Assembly: GCA_036525235.1 (NCBI GenBank)
Contig: DATDAV010000002.1
Coordinates: 23,816 to 87,815, forward strand
Reading direction: 5' to 3'
Length of the DNA: 64,000 nucleotides
From: Chryseolinea sp.
GTDB taxonomy: Bacteria; Bacteroidota; Bacteroidia; Cytophagales; Cyclobacteriaceae
Below the pieces are notes generated by a model, which was given only the letters and a program-made list of their open reading frames with translations, did no database searches and was not told the origin of the DNA. Shown here in pieces: positions 9,887 to 20,212 of the stretch; the stretch's first letter is position 1; each line of letters begins with the position of its first letter. The translations under genes and the position numbers were made by a program.

Positions 9887-10996
9887 TTAATTCTGCAGAT
9901 ACCTAATCATTAGATCGGCCGCATTCTCAGAGGCTGATCCCGTATCTAATATTTTAATAATCTCGTCATATCCCTGTAACACCCCTTCTCGCCTGGGTGA
10001 ATCGGCAAGGAGTTGTTTGAGCTCTGCTGCGATATCATCCACGTTAGCATCGTCCTGGATCATTTCTTTGACTACTTCTTTTCCAGCAATGAGGTTGACG
10101 AGCGAAATGTAGGGCACTTGAATAACCCACTTGCTGATCTTGTAATTTATCCAACTAGTTTTGTACACCACGATCTGTGGCACTCTAAAAAGAGCTGTCT
10201 CCAGCGTAGCGGTTCCAGAAGTGACGATGGCTGCACGCGCATGAGAAAGTAAATCGTACGTCTGTTCCTCCACGTAGCTCACATTTTTCAATTCCGAAAA
10301 AGGAGCATATAATGTTTTATCAAGATTGGCAACTGCAGCGACGGCAAACTGATATTCCGGAAACCTGCGGGCAACATCTGCCATCACTGGAACGAGACGC
10401 TCCAATTCTTGCTTGCGACTGCCGGGAAGCAGTGCAATTATTTGCTTGTCATTCAAATTCCACTTCGACAAAAATTGATCGTCTCGGTGGTAGGCTTTGA
10501 CAGCGTCCAAAACCGGGTTGCCCACATAATCCACATCCCATTGAAACTTCTTAAAGAAGTCCTTTTCGAACGGAAGGATCACAAACATCCGGTCGACGTT
10601 TTTCTTCAATTCACGCGCCCTGTACACGCCCCAGGCCCATACTTTGGGCGTGATGTAATAGAAAGCCTTGAAGCCGTTCTTTTTGCAGATGGCCGCCATT
10701 TGGCGGTTGAAGCCACCGTAGTCGATGAGAATGACGACATCGGGTTTGAAGTCCTTAATGTCGGCCGTGCACTGCTTTATGAATTTTGATATCCGGTTTA
10801 GGTTGAGAACCACCTGGGCGAAACCCATAAAGGCCATCTCTGAATAATGCAGGGTCAACGTTACGCCTGCCTCCTGCATATATTCCCCACCAAAACCCCG
10901 GAAGGTAGCCTGGGGATCGCGTTGCCGAAGAGCTTTGACGAGGTTGCCGCCATGTAAATCACCTGATCGTTCGCCCGCAATGATATAATAGCGCAT
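9887..10996 (-). CDS. lpxB: Lipid-A-disaccharide synthase
   Basis: MRYYIIAGERSGDLHG, LIDYGGFN, FVILPFEKDFF, YVGNP, LLPGSRKQE, VTSGTATLETAL motifs. Confidence 0.95.
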   Translation of the reverse strand: MRYYIIAGERSGDLHGGNLVKALRQRDPQATFRGFGGEYMQEAGVTLTLHYSEMAFMGFAQVVLNLNRISKFIKQCTADIKDFKPDVVILIDYGGFNRQMAAICKKNGFKAFYYITPKVWAWGVYRARELKKNVDRMFVILPFEKDFFKKFQWDVDYVGNPVLDAVKAYHRDDQFLSKWNLNDKQIIALLPGSRKQELERLVPVMADVARRFPEYQFAVAAVANLDKTLYAPFSELKNVSYVEEQTYDLLSHARAAIVTSGTATLETALFRVPQIVVYKTSWINYKISKWVIQVPYISLVNLIAGKEVVKEMIQDDANVDDIAAELKQLLADSPRREGVLQGYDEIIKILDTGSASENAADLMIRYLQN

Positions 10997-11039
10997 ATGG
11001 AATTACGAGGTAAGGCGGGCAAGGTACGGGCTTTCGGGT

Positions 11040-11459
11040 TTATTCTCCAAAGTAGTCCACGTAATTGCGGGGCGTTTCGTAGAGGCGCAGGCTGTGCAGT
11101 TTGCCGCTCTGAGTGATGCTGGGAAGGTGTACGTGCAGAATGCGCCAGATCTCGATGATGAGGTTCTCGCAGCTGGCCAGCTTGCCGGTCATGAAGTCGA
11201 CGTCCAGGTTCAGGTTTTTGTGGTCGAGCTTGTCGATCACTTCCTTGCGGATGAGGGTGCTCAGTTGCTTCAGGTCCACCACGAAACCGGTGTCGGGATC
11301 GGGTTGGCCTTTCACGGTCACGATGAGTTCGAAGTTGTGGCCGTGCCAGTTATCGTTTGCGCAGGGGCCAAAGACCTCTACATTCCGCTCCTGCGACCAT
11401 TGGGGGTTGTAGAGCTTGTGGGCGGCGTTGAAGTGTTCTTTGCGGCTGACGTAGACCAT
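11040..11459 (-). CDS. queD: 6-carboxytetrahydropterin synthase (PTPS family)
   Basis: FNAAHKL, HGHNF, GFVVDL, KLDHKNLN, SCENL, LYETPRN; start reset to ATG 11459 because the longer ORF overlaps susD and its terminator. Confidence 0.9.
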   Translation of the reverse strand: MVYVSRKEHFNAAHKLYNPQWSQERNVEVFGPCANDNWHGHNFELIVTVKGQPDPDTGFVVDLKQLSTLIRKEVIDKLDHKNLNLDVDFMTGKLASCENLIIEIWRILHVHLPSITQSGKLHSLRLYETPRNYVDYFGE

Positions 11460-11477
11460 TTTCTTTCGATTCTGTGA

Positions 11478-11485
11478 CAAATATA
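11478..11485 (-). promoter_or_regulatory. Bacteroidetes sigma-A -7 element (TATATTTG) for queD
   Basis: Matches TAnnTTTG 19 bp upstream of the start. Confidence 0.55.
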
Positions 11486-11536
11486 GGTCGATGGCCAGAC
11501 TCCTCAAACCGATGCTATCAACACCGTTTTTAAAAG

Positions 11537-11570
11537 AAAGGGACTGCCCTTTCGAGGCAGTCCCTTTTTT
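11537..11570. terminator. Intrinsic terminator after susD, probably bidirectional
   Basis: AAAGGGACTGCC-loop-GGCAGTCCCTTT, with A and T runs on both sides. Confidence 0.85.
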
Positions 11571-11589
11571 GATCGAATGATCTAAATGA

Positions 11590-13056
11590 CTATTTGAAAA
11601 CCTCTGTATTGTCGAACAGGCCCGGTGAAGGGCGGGGTGTCGATGTATTGGTGTTGATTTCGGATTGAGCAATGAGCAAACGTTGGGGGATGTTGGAACC
11701 CGTCGTAGGCTTAAGGCCAATCACTTCCCAGTTTTGTTTGCCGGAGAAAGAACCAAAACCTTTTCTGTGCAGATCAACAAAGGTATCCAGAGTACCAATC
11801 ATCGAAACGTATTTCTCAGCGATGATTGACCGGTACAGGGCATCTTCTTTTGCCAGGCCGTCCGCATTTTGGATGCCACCGCTATTGAAGTCTACCGCTG
11901 CAAACGGCTGGTAATTGCCTTTAATGCTATAGTCAGCTGTTACATATCCGCCTTCATTCAGGTAGTCGCGGTATTCATTCAACGAAGCCAAAGCGTCGTC
12001 GAAGTTGCCCAAACGCAGGGCGGCTTCTGCCTGGATCAACACATTTTCGCGATAGGTAATAAGCGGGAAGGATGCGTCGGGAGAAAATAAGGCTACTTTT
12101 TTAACCGTTTCACTATCCCAAGTATTCAGATCATATACACCACCCGTTTTCGTATAGATAAATGCGAACCGGTCACTTTCGTCGGTGCTGGCATTGTTCA
12201 TATTATATGCCTCTCCCACGTTGGCAGGGTCAAGCATGCTGGCGGAATGAGAATTTTTCGCACCCATATAGCCAGGACGGTCCTGCACCAGGAACGAGTA
12301 GTAGATGTTCATGTCCAAATTGTAATTCCCAAAGTGGGGTGACACCAGATCATCGCCAGCGGCTAATCCGCTATTTGCTGCATCCAGGGCATTCTGATAC
12401 TCGCCCAAGTTCAAGTGCATTTTTGCTTTGAGCGTATAGGCCGCACCCAACGCGGATGCATCGCTGACACCAAAATAATCACCAGCGAAAGAACCCGTTC
12501 CGGAACTGATGTTTGCGATCGCCTGATCGGCAAGAGCCAACAGGGCCGTGTAGATCGATTTTTGCGAATCAAAAGCCGGGTTAGGGAATTCAGTCACATT
12601 ATACATTTGGGTGTAGGGCACGTCACCAAACATGGAAGTCGCCGACAGCATGGTATGAATTTCCAGTACTTGCGCCAAACCTAATGCCTTGCGGTTGTTG
12701 AGCTCCGTTGCCTTTCTCTCTGCAATCTTGAGGGATTTCAAAGCGCCTGCATACAGGAGGCTCCATCCGTTGTCGTAATCTGGAGCTGTGGACACGTAGT
12801 TGTCGAGGCTGACGTACTGACGATCCACTCCGGTAAATTGGCCACTCCACATGCCGGCGATACGGGTAAGCTCGCCTTCCACGAAGCCGACATAAGCTAC
12901 CTCCGAAGAGTTCATCACCTGATCCAGGCTGGCATCGCGAGGTAACGTGGGGTCAAATTCAGAAACGCCATTCGTGAATTTCTCGCACGATGTGACGAAC
13001 ATGCCCATTGCCAGGAGGAGGGTTATCCGTTGAAACATTTTATTATATTTTTTCAT
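11590..13056 (-). CDS. SusD/RagB-family outer-membrane lipoprotein
   Basis: Lipobox FVTSC; FGDVPY, AYTLKAKMHL, LIQAEAALR, IIAEKY, QRLL motifs; directly downstream of susC. Confidence 0.9.
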   Translation of the reverse strand: MKKYNKMFQRITLLLAMGMFVTSCEKFTNGVSEFDPTLPRDASLDQVMNSSEVAYVGFVEGELTRIAGMWSGQFTGVDRQYVSLDNYVSTAPDYDNGWSLLYAGALKSLKIAERKATELNNRKALGLAQVLEIHTMLSATSMFGDVPYTQMYNVTEFPNPAFDSQKSIYTALLALADQAIANISSGTGSFAGDYFGVSDASALGAAYTLKAKMHLNLGEYQNALDAANSGLAAGDDLVSPHFGNYNLDMNIYYSFLVQDRPGYMGAKNSHSASMLDPANVGEAYNMNNASTDESDRFAFIYTKTGGVYDLNTWDSETVKKVALFSPDASFPLITYRENVLIQAEAALRLGNFDDALASLNEYRDYLNEGGYVTADYSIKGNYQPFAAVDFNSGGIQNADGLAKEDALYRSIIAEKYVSMIGTLDTFVDLHRKGFGSFSGKQNWEVIGLKPTTGSNIPQRLLIAQSEINTNTSTPRPSPGLFDNTEVFK

Positions 13057-13077
13057 GATTGATAATCCTAAGTGTAA

Positions 13078-16000
13078 TCAATAGTTAATCTTGATGGTGA
13101 ACAGGTAAGACCGTGTAGACGGGTTATTGAAATATTCCAATCCGCGTCCGTTCGATACACCAGTTAAGTTCGTTTCAGGATCGTTTCCGATGTAGTTGAG
13201 GTCGGGACCCCAGATCAGCAAGTTTCTGCCCGTGAGGGAGAAATCGATCGAAGTCAACTTGGTTGCGGCTCTGAAACCGGGTGAGTTCAGGGAATAGGAC
13301 AAGGTTACTTCGCGGATGCGGGTGTTGGTAGCATCTTTGATGAATTGGCTGGCTACGGGTCCGAAACCACCGCCAGTCGATGTATACCATCCTTGATCCA
13401 AAGCCACTTTACCAGCACCATTATCTACCACGCTGCCGCGGAAGGTAACGGTTCCATCAGCGTTCGCTACATAACGTTCGGCGACTGTGGTCGCTCCATC
13501 AAGCGACTGACCGTATACGGGTATCACCGCAGCATCAGCAGCAGACAACGTCGTGATCACGTCGGTCTCTTTCGAACGACCAAAATTGTTCATGATACCA
13601 TGGGTACCAGCCCAAATCTGACCACCTTGTGTTCTGTCAATCAAAACATACAGGGAGACGCCTTTATACGAAAACGTGTTTCCAATGCCAGCCTTCCAGG
13701 TCGGGTTCGGGTTACCAATAACGGATTCGGAAGCAGCGGCTTGTTTGAATCCCTGCTCATCGAGAATAAGTTGTCCTTTGTCATCTTTCATCCAATCAAT
13801 ACCCCAAAGCACGCCTACGGGTTGGTTCAGCACCGCTCTGGACGACGCTCCAGTGAAACCATTCAAGAACAAGGAAGAAGTTCCTGCAAGATCGGTGACT
13901 TTGTTGCGATACATTGACCACACGCCACTAATTTTCCAAGTGAAGCTACCGGCCTTAACAACATCGGCTCCTAAATCGAATTCAAGTCCATGGTTCTCCA
14001 GGGTCGCAGCGTTTGCATATTTGCTGGTAAAGCCAATGGTAGCCGGCGTACCTACCGGCAGAATAGCATCGGTAGTCTTGTTTGTAAAATACGTAGCACT
14101 CAGTGAAACGCGATCTTGGAAGAAACGCAGATCGGTTCCAAACTCAACCTCGGCTTTTCTTTCCGGTTTCAGGTAGGCATTACCCAAAGTAGTGCTTTCG
14201 GTATACCCCCCGTTGCCATAGGCTGCAGACGACAATCCAGATCCCCAGCCATCGAGGTATCCGCCGATGCCATAGTATGTGGCGGTTCTATACGGTGACG
14301 GCTGTACACCCACCTGACCATAGCCCACACGCAGCTTTCCGAAGCTCAACACATTCGAGTCCATCAACTTGCTGAACTGCCATGCCAGCGTTGCGGCCGG
14401 ATAATAGAACGTGCTGCTCTGTGCTCTACCAAAGGTAGATGCACTCTCAGCTCTGCCGGTCAAATTAAGGAACAATTGGTCTTTCCAGGCAAAATCCAAC
14501 GTGGAGTAAAGGGCAGCCGTGCGCTGGATAATATACTCGTTGTAGGGATTGCTAGTTGTCAAACCGGCGTTGGTGACATCCAACGGAATCTGGCTCTTGA
14601 TAACGAAATCCTGTGCATAACCACCGATGCGTTCATAGAGGCGCTGATTCAAGTTCATCCCCACCAGGGCGATAAAGGTAAGATCCGGGTTGAGGTTGAA
14701 TTTACCACGACCAAACAGGTCGCCGTTGAACTGTGTTTCCTTGATGGTTTGGAGATCCAATCTACCATTCGGAAGAGCCGACGACAACGGATCGAGAAAG
14801 TCATAACGACGGTCGACGTAGCTGTCTACACCTGCGCGCCCCGTGATATCCAACCACTTCGTAGGGGACACCACAGCCTCAAACGATCCCATAAAGCGAT
14901 CGACATCGGAGGTACTGATGTTGTGTTCCATTGTCCAGAGCGGGTTGTCATAAACGGAAGACACGCTGGCACCGAGCGGGTTTCTGTAAGAACGCTGGCG
15001 ATTTGGGGTTGCCGCGCCGGTTGCATCGATATACGTGCCTTCATAATAGTCGCTGTTGAAGTCGGGCGAAGTTCTCAATCCACCCAGGTAGATACCCGAA
15101 GTATTCGATCCTTGCTGTGCACGATTTGAGCTTGTCTTTGTATAACCAAAGTTAGAGCTAATCCGGATGACGTCATTGAAACGCTTGTTGGTATTGACGC
15201 GGAAGGATGTGCGTTGATAGTTGCTGTTCGTTTTGACGATACCGTCTTGCTTCAGGTTATCGATGCTGATGTAGAAGTTACCATCTTTGTCGCCGCCGTT
15301 CAGTGTAACACCGAAGTCATCGTACTTACCGGTTTTGAACATTTGATCTCTGTAGTCGTAAGTGGACCGAGAATTTTTACCGCCGTGAGAATTGATGTTG
15401 TCAACACCGTTTTGAATGTTATAGATTTTGGTCCCATCAGCGCCCTGGAAATATCCACGGTATAATGGATCGCCGGGGTTGGTCACATACGCGTCGGCTC
15501 CGCCCGAACGTCCGGGGATATAATCACCCCAGCTCCATCCACTCTGTGGTGCATTCATGAAATGCCCTAAGGTTCCGGATCCCCAGTTATTCTGAAGGTC
15601 ATGCGTGATGTAGAGCTTATCGACGGAGTGCGAGTATTTAAGGGAGACGTTGATCTTTCCTTTTTCGCTGGATCCTTTCTTGGTAGTGATCACCATAACG
15701 CCGTTTGCTGCGCGTGATCCCCACAGTGCCGCTGCGCTGGCACCTTTCAGGATTTCTACCGACTGGATGTCGTCAGGGTTTAAGTCGTTCAAACGAGACT
15801 GTTGGGCTGTACCGCCAACCATTCCGTCGTTGGCAATGAGACCGGTTGGGCTCGACGAGTTAAAGATCGGAACACCATCCAATATGATCAGGGGCTGAAG
15901 GTTGCCCGTGATGGTGCTTTGTCCACGAATCTGGATATAAGAACCTGCACCGGGATCACCTGTGTTTTTCACGATGCTCAAACCGGAGGCCTTTCCAGCC

Positions 16001-16434
16001 AAGCCGTTGATCAATCCTGTTTCACCAGATTTTGCAGCGGCGTTACCGGCAATCGTCGACGTAGCTGTTCCCAACTCATCTTTGTTTTGCTCGATACCGA
16101 GTGCCGATACCACAACTTCAGAGAGCTGGGTCACATCAGACTCCATGTTTACCTCCACGGAAGTTCTGTTGCCGATCTCAGTTTCCTGAGTTTTTAATCC
16201 GATAAATGAAAAAACAAGTGTTCCTCCGGAAGCGGGGACACTTATAGAATACCGTCCATCAACGTCAGTGACAGATCCCGTTGTTGTGCCCTTTAAGAGG
16301 ACGTTTACGCCCGGAAGAGGTTTGCCATCTTCTTGTGACAAAATCCTCCCCGTAACAATTCGCTCCTGCGCCCGCAACTCGCCACTGGCGAGAGCAAACA
16401 CCGCTGTTAAGCATACAAGTAGAAATTTCCGCAT
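13078..16434 (-). CDS. SusC/RagA-family TonB-dependent outer-membrane transporter
   Basis: CarboxypepD-like N-terminus; signature LNPDDIQSVEILKGASAAALWGSRAANGVMVITTKKG; C-terminal PSTRSYLFTIKINY. Confidence 0.95.
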   Translation of the reverse strand: MRKFLLVCLTAVFALASGELRAQERIVTGRILSQEDGKPLPGVNVLLKGTTTGSVTDVDGRYSISVPASGGTLVFSFIGLKTQETEIGNRTSVEVNMESDVTQLSEVVVSALGIEQNKDELGTATSTIAGNAAAKSGETGLINGLAGKASGLSIVKNTGDPGAGSYIQIRGQSTITGNLQPLIILDGVPIFNSSSPTGLIANDGMVGGTAQQSRLNDLNPDDIQSVEILKGASAAALWGSRAANGVMVITTKKGSSEKGKINVSLKYSHSVDKLYITHDLQNNWGSGTLGHFMNAPQSGWSWGDYIPGRSGGADAYVTNPGDPLYRGYFQGADGTKIYNIQNGVDNINSHGGKNSRSTYDYRDQMFKTGKYDDFGVTLNGGDKDGNFYISIDNLKQDGIVKTNSNYQRTSFRVNTNKRFNDVIRISSNFGYTKTSSNRAQQGSNTSGIYLGGLRTSPDFNSDYYEGTYIDATGAATPNRQRSYRNPLGASVSSVYDNPLWTMEHNISTSDVDRFMGSFEAVVSPTKWLDITGRAGVDSYVDRRYDFLDPLSSALPNGRLDLQTIKETQFNGDLFGRGKFNLNPDLTFIALVGMNLNQRLYERIGGYAQDFVIKSQIPLDVTNAGLTTSNPYNEYIIQRTAALYSTLDFAWKDQLFLNLTGRAESASTFGRAQSSTFYYPAATLAWQFSKLMDSNVLSFGKLRVGYGQVGVQPSPYRTATYYGIGGYLDGWGSGLSSAAYGNGGYTESTTLGNAYLKPERKAEVEFGTDLRFFQDRVSLSATYFTNKTTDAILPVGTPATIGFTSKYANAATLENHGLEFDLGADVVKAGSFTWKISGVWSMYRNKVTDLAGTSSLFLNGFTGASSRAVLNQPVGVLWGIDWMKDDKGQLILDEQGFKQAAASESVIGNPNPTWKAGIGNTFSYKGVSLYVLIDRTQGGQIWAGTHGIMNNFGRSKETDVITTLSAADAAVIPVYGQSLDGATTVAERYVANADGTVTFRGSVVDNGAGKVALDQGWYTSTGGGFGPVASQFIKDATNTRIREVTLSYSLNSPGFRAATKLTSIDFSLTGRNLLIWGPDLNYIGNDPETNLTGVSNGRGLEYFNNPSTRSYLFTIKINY

Positions 16435-16493
16435 TTTGTTAAGTTTAGGTTAATGAAGTTATTACTCAGCCCCCTGCGGGGGAGTTAAGCGTT

Positions 16494-16501
16494 CAAACTT
16501 A
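16494..16501 (-). promoter_or_regulatory. -7 element (TAAGTTTG) for susC
   Basis: Matches TAnnTTTG 60 bp upstream of the start, with TTTA about 20 bp further upstream. Confidence 0.5.
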
Positions 16502-16717
16502 TAACAAAATCTTAAATCGTAAAACTAACGTACCTTAGTATGTGGTACTTATTTTTAGTGCTTTATCACCATAAACGGGGTACTTTGGAGGCAATCCCCA
16601 AATAAAAATGGGCCGGAAATCGATTTAAAACGGCATAATTGGCCCCAATTTCGTTTTTTAAACGCCCAAAACTTACCTGTCCGAATTGGGATAAACGGTT
16701 GTTTTTGTACAAGAATA

Positions 16718-18640
16718 TTACTTCACAATTCTGAATTCAATCCTCCGGTTCAACTGTTTTCCCTCATCCGTATCGTTGGAAGCTACAGGCTTATCTGGTC
16801 CGAAACCTTTCGTAGTAAGACGCTTTTTGTCGATGCCGGATTTGATCAAGTAGTTATAAACCGAGAGCGCCCGCTTTTCCGAAAGTTGACGGTTGTAGTC
16901 TGCTGCCCCGGAGTTGTCGGTGTGGCCGCTGATCTGCACCCGGATGCCGGGGTTCTCATTGAGGAAGCGAACAATCTTTTGCAGCTCCGGGTTGGATCGT
17001 TGCTGCAGGTCGTATTTGTCTACTTCGAAAAAAATGTTGTTGAGAACGGCCACGGAGCCCTCCTTCACTTTCTCCAGGTCAATATTGACAACGATGGGCT
17101 GGAAATCCCGGACTTCGGAATAATTGAAATTATAGCTCTTGAAGAGGTAGCCCACCTTGTTGATATAGAGCGCATAGTTTGCCCCTTGGGTGAGCACCAT
17201 CAGGTACTCACCGTTTACCGAGTCCGACTCCACGAGCGACTCGATCGCGTTGTTGCCGATGTTGATCAATTCCACCTTTGCCGCCAGGGGATGTTGGTCG
17301 TCCTTGTCGCGGATGATGCCTTGCACATAGTTGCTGCGATACTTCATCTGGTTCTCGGCGGGGATGTCGATCTCATAGATCTTGCTCCGGGAGTGACCGT
17401 TGGGCAGCGTCTCTTCGTGGGCATAGTATCCTTTTTTTCCGTCGGCGGTGATGAATAAGGAGTACTGATCATCGTGGTCGTTCAGCGGCGCGCCGAAATT
17501 TCTCGGTGCCGACCATTGTGATGAATCCTTTTCCACGAAAAAAATATCATACCCTCCAAATCCAGGCAACCCGTTGGACGCGAAGAAAAGTGTACGGTTG
17601 TTGGCGTGGATGAAAGGGGACATCTCGTCGAATTGGGAGTTCACGGATTTGCCGGCGTTGACGGCTCTGGTCCATTTACCATCTTCGCCAAGGGTAGAGA
17701 TCCAGATGTCTCTGCGGCCAAGACCGGAGCGGCGGTCGGAAACAAAATATAAGGTGCGGCCGTCTGCGGAGAGCGAGGGTTGAGATTCCCATTCGGGGCT
17801 GTTCACATTGCGGCCGAGGTTCGCAGGCGCGGTCCAATCGTCGCCGATCTTGCGGCTTTCATAGAGGTCGCAGCTGCCAACGCCGTCGCGGCCAACACAC
17901 GAGGTGAAGATCAGCTTCCGGCCATCGGCAGAGATGGTGCAGGTTCCTTCGTTGAGGCGGGTGTTGATGTTTTTGGAAATGGAGACGGGCGTCGTCCAGC
18001 GGCCCCGGTTATCCTTTTTGCTCACCACCAGGTCTTCCGTGTCGTTGGGATCGTTGCCCTGGCGGCGGGTGAAGATCAATTGCTTTTGGTCGGCCGTTAG
18101 CGCTGGGAAATATTGGAGGACGAAGCAGTTAACGGTATCACTCAGCGGCCGCTGATGGTAGGCCGACGAGTCGTTTTTGTTTTTCAAAGCAAATTCCGCG
18201 CTCCTGAACAACATGGTCGCCCGGTCGATCCGGGCTTTGCTCTGGCTTTCGTTGTTCACGAACGCGCTGAGCACCTTCATGGCTTTCTCATAGTCGCCGG
18301 TGAGCAGATAGAGTTCGCCCAGGTCGTACCAGAAAGGTTTCTGAAGGCGCAGTTCGTTGGCGAGGGCAAGGCCTTTCTCGTAGACCTCGATGGCCTTGAT
18401 GTTTTGCTTCATGTTCGCATAGGTGAGGCCCAGGCGGTAATAGGCCTCCACAAACTTGTTGTCTTTGTCGAGGGCCTGGTTCAGAAGGTTGATGGTTTCT
18501 TCGAATTGGCCGCGCACGCGAAAATTGTCGGCCTGTGTATAGAGCTCGATGGCCTTCTTTGACTTGGTGGTTAACTGGGGTTGCGAAAACGCTACCGTGC
18601 TACACAGCAACAGCAGCACGATGGCGGCGGCATGATTCAT
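16718..18640 (-). CDS. OmpA-family protein with TPR and PD40 repeats (PorE-like architecture)
   Basis: TPR region, WD40-like SQPSLSADGRTLYFVSDR repeats, OmpA C-domain ISGHTDN...NRQLSEKRA...NRRIEF. Confidence 0.9.
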   Translation of the reverse strand: MNHAAAIVLLLLCSTVAFSQPQLTTKSKKAIELYTQADNFRVRGQFEETINLLNQALDKDNKFVEAYYRLGLTYANMKQNIKAIEVYEKGLALANELRLQKPFWYDLGELYLLTGDYEKAMKVLSAFVNNESQSKARIDRATMLFRSAEFALKNKNDSSAYHQRPLSDTVNCFVLQYFPALTADQKQLIFTRRQGNDPNDTEDLVVSKKDNRGRWTTPVSISKNINTRLNEGTCTISADGRKLIFTSCVGRDGVGSCDLYESRKIGDDWTAPANLGRNVNSPEWESQPSLSADGRTLYFVSDRRSGLGRRDIWISTLGEDGKWTRAVNAGKSVNSQFDEMSPFIHANNRTLFFASNGLPGFGGYDIFFVEKDSSQWSAPRNFGAPLNDHDDQYSLFITADGKKGYYAHEETLPNGHSRSKIYEIDIPAENQMKYRSNYVQGIIRDKDDQHPLAAKVELINIGNNAIESLVESDSVNGEYLMVLTQGANYALYINKVGYLFKSYNFNYSEVRDFQPIVVNIDLEKVKEGSVAVLNNIFFEVDKYDLQQRSNPELQKIVRFLNENPGIRVQISGHTDNSGAADYNRQLSEKRALSVYNYLIKSGIDKKRLTTKGFGPDKPVASNDTDEGKQLNRRIEFRIVK

Positions 18641-18648
18641 GCCTAAAA

Positions 18649-19245
18649 CTAGAAAACAATGTTGGATACGTCAATTTCCGGGGACTCAAATTCAAGCATC
18701 GCGTTGATGAGCTTGAAGGTTTCGAACGTCTCGATATCCTCCACGCGAATTTCTTCTTCGTGAATCACATCGCGCTCCAGCAATTTGGCGCGCTGCGTTC
18801 CTTTGAGCAGGGCCGACCAGGGCGTGTACCAATGCTTGCCCCGGCGAAATACGATGTTGGCATATGAAGAATCGGTGACCAGTCCGCGCTTTACGATCAG
18901 GATGTCATCGCTGGCCTGGCGCAGTTCGTAGAGCTTGTTTAGCGTTTTGCGATCGGCATATTTGAATTCGTACGAGATGCGGTCGTGTTCGATCACGCGC
19001 AGGCTGTTTACCGGTTTGGGCGTGTAGGGTATGAACTCCACTTCTTTGGATTGTTCGTCGTACACGATGCGGCATTTGAACAATCCTTGCGCCGGTCTTT
19101 CGAGGTGTTTTAGAAATTCTTCGAGGTCGAAATGATCGAGCTCGCCGCAGAGTGTTTTCAGCGAACGGTTCATGCGCTGTTCGTGGAAGAACAGGTTCTG
19201 GTATTCGCCGTCCTGCAGCTTTATGGTTTCAAGTAAGAGGGACAT
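18649..19245 (-). CDS. pabC: Aminotransferase class IV, probable 4-amino-4-deoxychorismate lyase
   Basis: LETIK, HEQRM, KYADR, LVTDSSYAN, LLKGTQRAKLL; overlaps the pabB stop. Confidence 0.75.
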   Translation of the reverse strand: MSLLLETIKLQDGEYQNLFFHEQRMNRSLKTLCGELDHFDLEEFLKHLERPAQGLFKCRIVYDEQSKEVEFIPYTPKPVNSLRVIEHDRISYEFKYADRKTLNKLYELRQASDDILIVKRGLVTDSSYANIVFRRGKHWYTPWSALLKGTQRAKLLERDVIHEEEIRVEDIETFETFKLINAMLEFESPEIDVSNIVF

Positions 19246-20200
19246 ATACTTTATCGATCACTTCCTGGTACTCCGATGCCGCCGTGCTTTGGGTGGTGAT
19301 GCCACCGCCGCTCCGGTAGAAATAGCGGTCGCCTTGCTTTTCGATGAAACGGATCATCACACCACTGTCGAGCCTTTCGCCGTCGAAGACTCCGAACACT
19401 CCCGTATAGTATCCCCGCTGTTCTTGCTCCACGTCGCGGATGATCTCTAACGTCTTGGGCTTTGGCGCTCCACTCACCGACCCGGGGGGCAATAACCTTA
19501 CCAAAATGTCGCCGATGCGGGCGGCGTAGTCCTCCTCCAGGTCACCCACCACCTCCGAACTCACTTGCAACAACGTTTTTGAGGCGGTTTGTATTTCTTC
19601 GATGTATCGAAAACGGGACACATGCACGCCGGAGGCCACTTGGCTCAAGTCGTTGCGAATCAGGTCTACTATGGTGACATGTTCAGCAATTTCCTTTGGA
19701 TCGGCCAACAATCTTTCGCGCGCCTGTGGCAACGCGGCGTCCATCGTTCCCTTCATGGGAAAACTGTAGATTTTTTTGTCCTTTATCTGGACAAAGATCT
19801 CAGGCGAAAACACGAGGAACCTGTTGTCAAACAGCAGTTTATAGCGGGCGCGGCTCAGGTAAAAAAGGTCGCGCAGGGAGCGGTCTGTCTTTACTTCCGT
19901 TTTTACGGTGAGGTTGGTCAGGAAAGAATCACCGTAGGCCAGGTGCGCGTAGACCGCCGCGAATTTGCGCTGATATTCCTGCGGGGTGGGTGGAATTTTT
20001 TCCAGCATTACTGAGCCTGCAGGGAGGCTCTGAGGGGTTGCGTTTGTGATGCCCTGGATCCGGTAGAGCAGCGTTGTGGCGTCTACGTCCTGCAGGCGTA
20101 TGAGCAACGGCTGTTGCATTTCAAAATCCACCACAAACAAAAAGGGGACCTTCTCTTGTCCCCACCGGTTCATGGTTGCCGCGAACGTTGTGATGTTCAT
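19229..20200 (-). CDS. pabB: Aminodeoxychorismate synthase component I
   Basis: FSPEIF, PMKGT, KEIAEHVTIVDLIRNDL, PPGSVSGAPK, RGYYTG, SGGGIT. Confidence 0.9.
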   Translation of the reverse strand: MNITTFAATMNRWGQEKVPFLFVVDFEMQQPLLIRLQDVDATTLLYRIQGITNATPQSLPAGSVMLEKIPPTPQEYQRKFAAVYAHLAYGDSFLTNLTVKTEVKTDRSLRDLFYLSRARYKLLFDNRFLVFSPEIFVQIKDKKIYSFPMKGTMDAALPQARERLLADPKEIAEHVTIVDLIRNDLSQVASGVHVSRFRYIEEIQTASKTLLQVSSEVVGDLEEDYAARIGDILVRLLPPGSVSGAPKPKTLEIIRDVEQEQRGYYTGVFGVFDGERLDSGVMIRFIEKQGDRYFYRSGGGITTQSTAASEYQEVIDKVYVPLT

Positions 20201-20212
20201 GAAGGGCTTGTG

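Noticed and set aside
9887-10320. GC dips in the 3' part of lpxB and within pheT (about 58740-59000) as recombination patches
   Set aside because: Only a few lines were sampled by eye; within plausible noise without a computed profile
11460-11536. preQ1 riboswitch upstream of queD (or queE)
   Set aside because: No matching hairpin plus A-rich tail; the -7 element lies only 19 bp from the queD start, and queE is operon-internal
11040-11720. N-terminally extended ORF calls (queD 11720, thiL 28264, mce 29048, ssb 30403, barrel 3 33261, BatA 34921, ZapB-like 58426, radC 63666)
   Set aside because: The extensions overlap neighbouring genes, promoters or terminators and precede the family-typical start; starts were reset
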